From positions 38,773 to 102,772 of IMG/VR virus record IMGVR_UViG_3300032038_000034: 64,000 bases of DNA; one strand, given 5' to 3'. Source of the DNA: a virus. Taxonomy: Duplodnaviria > Caudoviricetes. Numbering within the stretch: the first letter of the stretch is position 1; each line of letters starts with the position of its first letter. The notes under the pieces were generated by a model, which was not told the DNA's origin, made no database searches, and saw only the letters and a list, made by a program, of their open reading frames with translations. The position numbers were made by a program, and so were the translations under genes. This document shows, one piece after another, positions 58,028 to 64,000 of the stretch.

Positions 58028-59059
58028 TCAAGGATTAGCAGGTTCAACTGCTTCGATGGTCTTATCAACGATGCCGGTCAGCTTGTCAAGCTCGTTGGTA
58101 ATAACAGAAGTAGCACCAGTAGTATAGATCTCTACGGTCTGCTTTGTCTTACGGAACAAGTCGTCAGCAGTGCGATACATGTTCTCAAATTCGAGCGTAA
58201 CAACGTTGTAATGACCTTCGAGGCTGGTCTCCATAGCGGGCTTGATGATTGGCCAAGTACCCTCACCACGGTTCAGGATTCCTTCGTAACCCATAGCCTG
58301 AGCTTCACGATCGCGAACCAGCTTAGCGCTAGCCTGATAGGTCTTACCAGGAGTTTTAACAATCGTAACGCCTTTGGGGAAATGCTTATTCAAAGACTCC
58401 CAGCCTTCTGCAGCGGGATCAGTGTAATAAACATTAGCGTTGAAGCGAACCTTGTTGTACCAGTTCAGAGAGTCAACAGACTCATCGTCGTCGTACTTCA
58501 TAGCGGTAAGAGTCAGTACGCCAGAAGCAGCGGTAGCCTCTACACGAGCGCGCTTCCACTCCTTGTTAATCATATTGGCAATGCCAGTAGCAATAGTAGC
58601 TGCAGTATCGCCTTCTGCGGTAACGTACTCATAGCTCTCAGTCCACTTGCGGAAACGAGTGGGCAGATCTTTAAAGGTCAGACGTACGATGATGCGCTTG
58701 CCAGCCTGAGACAACAGCTTGCCACTACCAATAAGCGTTGTAGCACCAGTGAAGTCAATCACGATCTGATCCTCGGTGTCAGCAGCATAGTCAGCCTTCG
58801 TCCAACCCTTGATGTCAGCTACGTTGATGATGTTTGACCACTTGATTACGGGAACATTAGTAGTAGCGCCAGTGCTAGGATTAACCTGCTTAGCGGTCTT
58901 ACCAGTACCCATACCAATCTTAAAACGAACAGTGTTTGCGTCGATTGCAGCGTTGGTATCAACGTCAACAAAAACGAACTGACCCTTTGCGGGATTTGCG
59001 ATGTCCGAAGCCTTCGTACCTACGTTGCTTACGAACACAGTATTTACGTATGTAATCAT
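58028..59059 (-). CDS. Abundant virion structural protein (auxiliary capsid-like)
   Basis: 343 aa, no TAG, capsid-like codon bias, own terminator. Confidence 0.75.
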   Translation of the reverse strand: MITYVNTVFVSNVGTKASDIANPAKGQFVFVDVDTNAAIDANTVRFKIGMGTGKTAKQVNPSTGATTNVPVIKWSNIINVADIKGWTKADYAADTEDQIVIDFTGATTLIGSGKLLSQAGKRIIVRLTFKDLPTRFRKWTESYEYVTAEGDTAATIATGIANMINKEWKRARVEATAASGVLTLTAMKYDDDESVDSLNWYNKVRFNANVYYTDPAAEGWESLNKHFPKGVTIVKTPGKTYQASAKLVRDREAQAMGYEGILNRGEGTWPIIKPAMETSLEGHYNVVTLEFENMYRTADDLFRKTKQTVEIYTTGATSVITNELDKLTGIVDKTIEAVEPANP

Positions 59060-59135
59060 ATTGTTAAATTAATTTATTCTACTCCCCCTATATTTCAATG
59101 TCTAGACCTAACTAGCTGGGGTTTCCACGTTTAAA

Positions 59136-59825
59136 TTATTCTTGTGTTAGAACTTCATTTGTAATAGTCTTATACCGAGGATCTGATTGATTCTCTATGT
59201 ACATTTGGGCGGCTATTTTAATTATTTCCAACCAAGTGTTATCTTCGAAATCCTCATAGTTTTTAAGAGGATTTTCGCTTGTTATTTCTTCTGGAATAGC
59301 TAAGTATCCCAGTGTATATCTATGAATCTTATAATTCTTATCTGTTAGAAGTCTAAAACCATCCTTAGTCCTTACTCTCAGCGGTCTTGCTCTATGATAC
59401 TTATAATGAAAGTCTGTAAGAGAATTATTCACTCTATACATAAAACTATCAGCAGTACATTCAAACACACAGGTATCCATTGTGTGATTGTCCTCCATGT
59501 CTGATATAATCACGTCTTCGTTGAGTACGTACAACATATCTTCTGGATAAGTGTACTCATATTCATCGTATGACGGATGTGTACTGTCATAATCGCTGTT
59601 AGTTATTATTTCTTCGCGGAGCAGCTTAATTAAGTCTCTGGTCCTCTTCTCGTTCTGTTCGTAGGACGTTCGTTTCGGAGCATTTCCGTTGAAGCGATCT
59701 TTTACAAACTTTGCTATAGCCTGGTTGATCCAATATAGAGAATCATCGGTAAGAGGCTTCTACAATGTGTCATTGATCTTGTTTATCTCAAGTTCAAATC
59801 CGGCTAATATATCTACTCCTTTCAT
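59136..59825 (-). CDS. Tail ring protein (~229 aa, one TAG)
   Basis: Reads through a TAG at 59760 to MKGVDILAGFELEINK...WINQA. Confidence 0.78.
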
Positions 59826-60772
59826 TGTTCATCCTCCTTCTTATTTCTCTTTTGCTGTTCTTGCATCTGACGTTTTCTGGCTTCTGCACCTGCTACATAT
59901 TGTACATACAAATCTACTGCTCCAGATACCAAATCGTCAAATGCATCCATTGGTAATTCACATGCAGTGTTTGTAAACAGATTCATGTATCTTGGAGTTC
60001 TGTAGTATGTAATATTAAACGATACTGGTGTAGTATATCTATCATAATACACTGTGATATTATCGTCGTTTAATGTAGCAACAGGAGTTCTCATTATTCT
60101 CATGCTGTCTTGCGGGCGAGAAATAAACTCTATTAGCTTAGATCTTGATACAAGTGTATTTGGTACAACACCAGAACCGTTGCCGTTTCTAGTATATGAA
60201 CTTGACACGTTTGTCGTACTATCTACATATAATCCAAAATTTTCTGGATAATTTGTAGTATAACTAAAATCAGATAGTGCCTAAAAATGATACGTTTGTG
60301 TGTATAATTCGTCAACGTTTTCTATTTCAACAGCTATTTGTATGATGTCTCCATCATTTAGAGAATCTAGGTCAATACTGTCATCTCCAAATGCTTCCTT
60401 GATCTGTTCTGCAGAATATACCGTATTATAAACAAATTCCGTTTCGCTTGGCTCCAACTCTACAACATGAAGTTTTATATCGTCTGAATTGTATGTTTGT
60501 ATATACCTATACTTACGAGTAGCAATAGGTCTGTCTGTGATAATAGTAAGTAGCTCCTTGATTATATTCTCTACATATGCAGATGGCTTTGAAGGGCTAG
60601 GTATATTATCCAACGCTTTGTATATATCGTGGATAAACTTATCCTGATACTAATTCAAATAAGAGTATATCGTTTCCGTATCCAGCTTTGAAACAAGTTC
60701 TGTTTCGGGAATCATAGTCTGTACTCTACGTTCAAACTCTATTCCAAGCTGTCTTGTTTGGTTTAGTGTCAT
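59822..60772 (-). CDS. Tail ring protein (~316 aa, two TAG)
   Basis: Fragments 59822 and 60281 are in frame; MTLNQTRQLGIEFERR...YLN(TAG)YQ; ATGA overlaps at both ends. Confidence 0.78.
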
Positions 60773-61647
60773 GCTTCAAGTCCTCTTGTATTAAGTTTAG
60801 AATTAAGTCTAGAAGATTCTACGTTCTCTAGTGCAAATATAATAGCCAGGTTTATAAGCTCCTCTGCAATAGTATCAGACAACTGAAATACAGTCTAGTC
60901 AGAAAAGTCTACTGTTTCTACAGAGTTTTCTTTTATAGCAAATTTGTTTGGTTGTTTTATATATACAAGTTTTGCTGTATCACCTATTTCTACATGTGGT
61001 TTTTTCAAAAGATCATACACAACGTATATCTTACCGCCTTCTATAAAACACAATGGAGATTTTATCCACGGCATATTATATGGGGTAGTAAAGAACTTCT
61101 CGGCTATTTCGTGAGATACTAATTTAACAGGGAGAGATCTAACTTGTACGTTGTCGTATGCAGCCCCGTATACCAAGTCTACTTGATTTTCAAACGGAAC
61201 TTCTCCATAATATACATCGACCTTCTTTACCCAGATATCAGGATCTTCTTCTTTGTATCTAAGATTTTCCGGATCATATACATCATCTTCCTCCAATCGG
61301 TCTCCGACTATATTTGTAGGCTCGTATGATATAAGCAGTTGTACAAAATACATGTGGTCGTTTGGCAATGTGAGCGCAGAAACATTTGGAGCGTGCAGGT
61401 CGAAGTCTTCGTCGAACGCTATACTTGTTCTAGTCAGCAATCCTTTTAAGTCCTCTACAGCCTTTAAATCCGCCTCAAACGGAGCTCTACGTACATTATT
61501 ACCTGTAACCTTTTGTGCAATTAACGCATTGTATGCTTTGTCAAGAATGGTAGCAACTTCATATTCTGTTAACGATGGATATGACGAAGTAACATTAGCC
61601 TTGTCATACTCTATCATGAATTTAGTATATATGTCTTTATGCGTCAT
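60769..61647 (-). CDS. Tail ring protein (~292 aa, one TAG)
   Basis: Readthrough of the TAG at 60895 gives ...EELINLAIIFALENVESSRL...; the TGA overlaps the next ATG. Confidence 0.8.
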
Positions 61648-61668
61648 ATCTCATGTGTTTAACACAGA

Positions 61669-62421
61669 TTATTTATTCTGTGTTTCGTTAATAATTGAAA
61701 GTCTTAGATCCTGATTCTTCTTACTGTCAAGGTATGCAATTGCGTCCTCAAGGCTATCTGCAAACATATCGCTTCCATAGAAGTAATGTGTCTTATCTTT
61801 ACGGATAACGCCTTTTGCAATAGCTTCCTCAAGAATAAACTCTGTCTCCTTGGAATGGTTATCAACCCACTTCTCAAAGAATCTCTTCGGCTGCTTGTCT
61901 ACAATACCGAACAGCGTAGATTCAACGAGCTCGTTAGACATATTATCGGCCTTAACGCCAAACAGGCGCAGACATTTACGCATTTGCTCAAGTGACAGTT
62001 TATCAAACTCTTTAATAGCTTCACGGCGCTGCTTATTGATCTTGTTAGCCTCTACTGCTTCTGCTTCTCTATTAATCAAAAGGTAATCTTTACCTGCAGT
62101 GAGTTTGTCAAGGGAAGTAGCTACTCTCTTATGTCCGCTAAGGAATTTAATAATCATCTCCTGACGGGGGATAGAATCATCAAGAATGAGACCACGAGAA
62201 CCAACTTTTACACAGAATGTATTCCAGAAATCGCTGGTCTTTGCGAGGTGGCCCTCTTCATAACCTAAAACCTTTTCGTAATATTTTTCATCTTCGGGCG
62301 TCAATCCCGTATATATCGACCCAGATCTTGTGAAATAAGGAGCAATGTAATCAAAACAAGCTTTATACTTAATCAATCCAACCCAGGGATTCTTTTTCTT
62401 AATTTTTAATTCAACTACCAT
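61669..62421 (-). CDS. Conserved crAss protein downstream of the capsid gene
   Basis: 250-aa ORF, no TAG. Confidence 0.8.
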   Translation of the reverse strand: MVVELKIKKKNPWVGLIKYKACFDYIAPYFTRSGSIYTGLTPEDEKYYEKVLGYEEGHLAKTSDFWNTFCVKVGSRGLILDDSIPRQEMIIKFLSGHKRVATSLDKLTAGKDYLLINREAEAVEANKINKQRREAIKEFDKLSLEQMRKCLRLFGVKADNMSNELVESTLFGIVDKQPKRFFEKWVDNHSKETEFILEEAIAKGVIRKDKTHYFYGSDMFADSLEDAIAYLDSKKNQDLRLSIINETQNK

Positions 62422-62442
62422 AATGTTACATTAGTATGTTGT

Positions 62443-62477
62443 GATGCCGGACGGGGGCCGAAGCCCCCTCGGTCATC
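62443..62477 (-). other. Stable UUCG hairpin downstream of the capsid gene (mRNA stabiliser or attenuator)
   Basis: GGGGGC-TTCG-GCCCCC on the - strand with an extended stem; no U-tract. Confidence 0.55.
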
Positions 62478-62498
62478 ATTTATATCTTTGTTTTATAA

Positions 62499-63998
62499 TC
62501 AGATACCGCTGTTGCTGATTTCAGTATCTTCAGCATCGCAGTACAGGATACCACAAGACAGCGGGTTGCGCAGCATGATACCCATCTCACCCAAGAAGTG
62601 AACCTGGTAACCATCGCGGCTGTTAGAACGCATAGTGGTAATGCTGTTAGCATATCCGTTAGGAGCTACAGAACCACCGGTGAACCACTGTACGAACTCA
62701 CGACCCTTACGACAAACCTTTACAACGTTTGCCTGACCGTCACGCTGACCGAGATCAACGAACAGGAAGGTGTAAGACATAAGGGGTTTACCAGTCAGTG
62801 GGTGCAACTGACGGAAGATCTCCATGTTATCGAACAGAGCGCAACGCTTCAGAGTCAGCTCAATACCGTTCGTCATCTTGTAAGTGGTGAACTGACCACC
62901 GAGAGTCAAGTTCTGACCAGAACCAGTTACGAATACGGTGTCGATCATATGGAAGCTAGCAACCTTCTCCTTCAGGATGCGGTCGAACTCACGAATACCC
63001 ATCTCACCAGTCAAGGCAATGAACTTACGCTCATTAGTACCCAGCAGGTTGTAGCAGAGGTCGAAGAGGAAGTCCTCGAGCAACTCAGCAGTCAGAGTGG
63101 TGTAGTAACGTACGTTAGCCGGAGAAATCTGCTCGAACAGACCAGACATCTTAGCAACATAACGACCGTTGGTACCCTTCAGGTTATAAGTACCATCTTG
63201 CTGACGGTTACCCTTAGCGAACAGCAATTCCTTCTCCTCACGACGCTTCCACTCACGGAGAGCAATCCAGTACTGATAGTCAGACCACAGATAAGAAGTC
63301 TTACCAGACTCGGGATCTTTCAGAGCGATAGCCAATACAGTGCTGTAAGCATCACCGGTGATGTCATAAGACAGACGGAGAGTCTGCAGTTGGTTACGCA
63401 TCTTAAATGGAGTCTGATATCCAATGATATCTGCCTCATCGCTGTACTCCTCGTAAGCAGAACCCATACGGCTTACCTGACGACCAGGAAGCAGGAACTC
63501 ACCAGGAATATAAGCAGCGTTAGACTGGTCAACTACATAGCACTCGTATACCCAAGCGCTACCATCCTGATAAGGAGTACCGCTTACACGTACCTGGAAC
63601 TTGTAGTCATCGAAAGAAAGGATTGCACCAGGACCAAACCACTTCTCCTCAAGAGCGAGGAAGATAGGCTGACCATTAGCACCAGGAGTTACAGAGCTGT
63701 AGTTAGCAGTAGTAATCTCCTGACCGTTAGCCTTTGCCCAACGGATGTTAATAGCGTGCTCGCTATCGATCATTACAGACCACTCAAACTCGCGGTTCTC
63801 AATGATCATTGTTTTGCCAAGACCACCAGTAATCAGGTCAATAGCAGTTGATACGCCGTCGTCCTTAGTACCAAATACCAGTGAAAGCAGACCAGAAACC
63901 TCATGAGGCTTAGTCAGCAGGGCGTTAGAAATCATGTTCTCATCTACCAGGTCGCTGAAACGACGTCCGCGATACAGCTGGAGATTATTAAGTAAACT
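62499..63998 (-). CDS. Major capsid protein (5'-truncated by the window edge)
   Basis: The frame stays open to the edge (SLLNNLQLYRGRRFSDLVDENMIS...). crAss MCP-like motifs AYEEYS, MRNQL..LR, SGLFEQI; no TAG. Confidence 0.9.
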   Translation of the reverse strand, partial: SLLNNLQLYRGRRFSDLVDENMISNALLTKPHEVSGLLSLVFGTKDDGVSTAIDLITGGLGKTMIIENREFEWSVMIDSEHAINIRWAKANGQEITTANYSSVTPGANGQPIFLALEEKWFGPGAILSFDDYKFQVRVSGTPYQDGSAWVYECYVVDQSNAAYIPGEFLLPGRQVSRMGSAYEEYSDEADIIGYQTPFKMRNQLQTLRLSYDITGDAYSTVLAIALKDPESGKTSYLWSDYQYWIALREWKRREEKELLFAKGNRQQDGTYNLKGTNGRYVAKMSGLFEQISPANVRYYTTLTAELLEDFLFDLCYNLLGTNERKFIALTGEMGIREFDRILKEKVASFHMIDTVFVTGSGQNLTLGGQFTTYKMTNGIELTLKRCALFDNMEIFRQLHPLTGKPLMSYTFLFVDLGQRDGQANVVKVCRKGREFVQWFTGGSVAPNGYANSITTMRSNSRDGYQVHFLGEMGIMLRNPLSCGILYCDAEDTEISNSGI

Positions 63999-64000
63999 AT

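Overview
This is a 64-kb segment of a crAss-like (Crassvirales) Bacteroidota phage with two convergent arms that meet at a hairpin terminator near 22.1 kb. The + strand arm (1-22.1 kb) uses the standard code, and TAG acts as a stop there. It carries early hypothetical genes, an ECF sigma factor and a replication module (family-B polymerase, DnaB-like helicase, Sak4-like ATPase, SSB, primase, nucleases). It also has a dense non-coding RNA layer: a circularly permuted minimal tmRNA, tRNA-Arg(UCU), five tRNA-like elements with broken anticodon arms, a ~2.1-kb structured ORF-free region with sarcin-ricin-like and H69/H71-like motifs, and two families of repeated hairpins. One hairpin family sits on the start codons of replication genes and is also clustered in a putative decoy RNA. 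The - strand arm (22.2-64 kb) is the virion module, where TAG is read as Gln. The many short ORFs in the track merge into a ~2444-aa cargo protein, a ~5457-aa virion RNA polymerase polyprotein (DFDID), and tail, ring and lysis genes, ending at the major capsid protein, which is cut by the window edge. I found no canonical CUA suppressor tRNA in the window. All structures and alignments were read by eye; nothing was folded or searched computationally.
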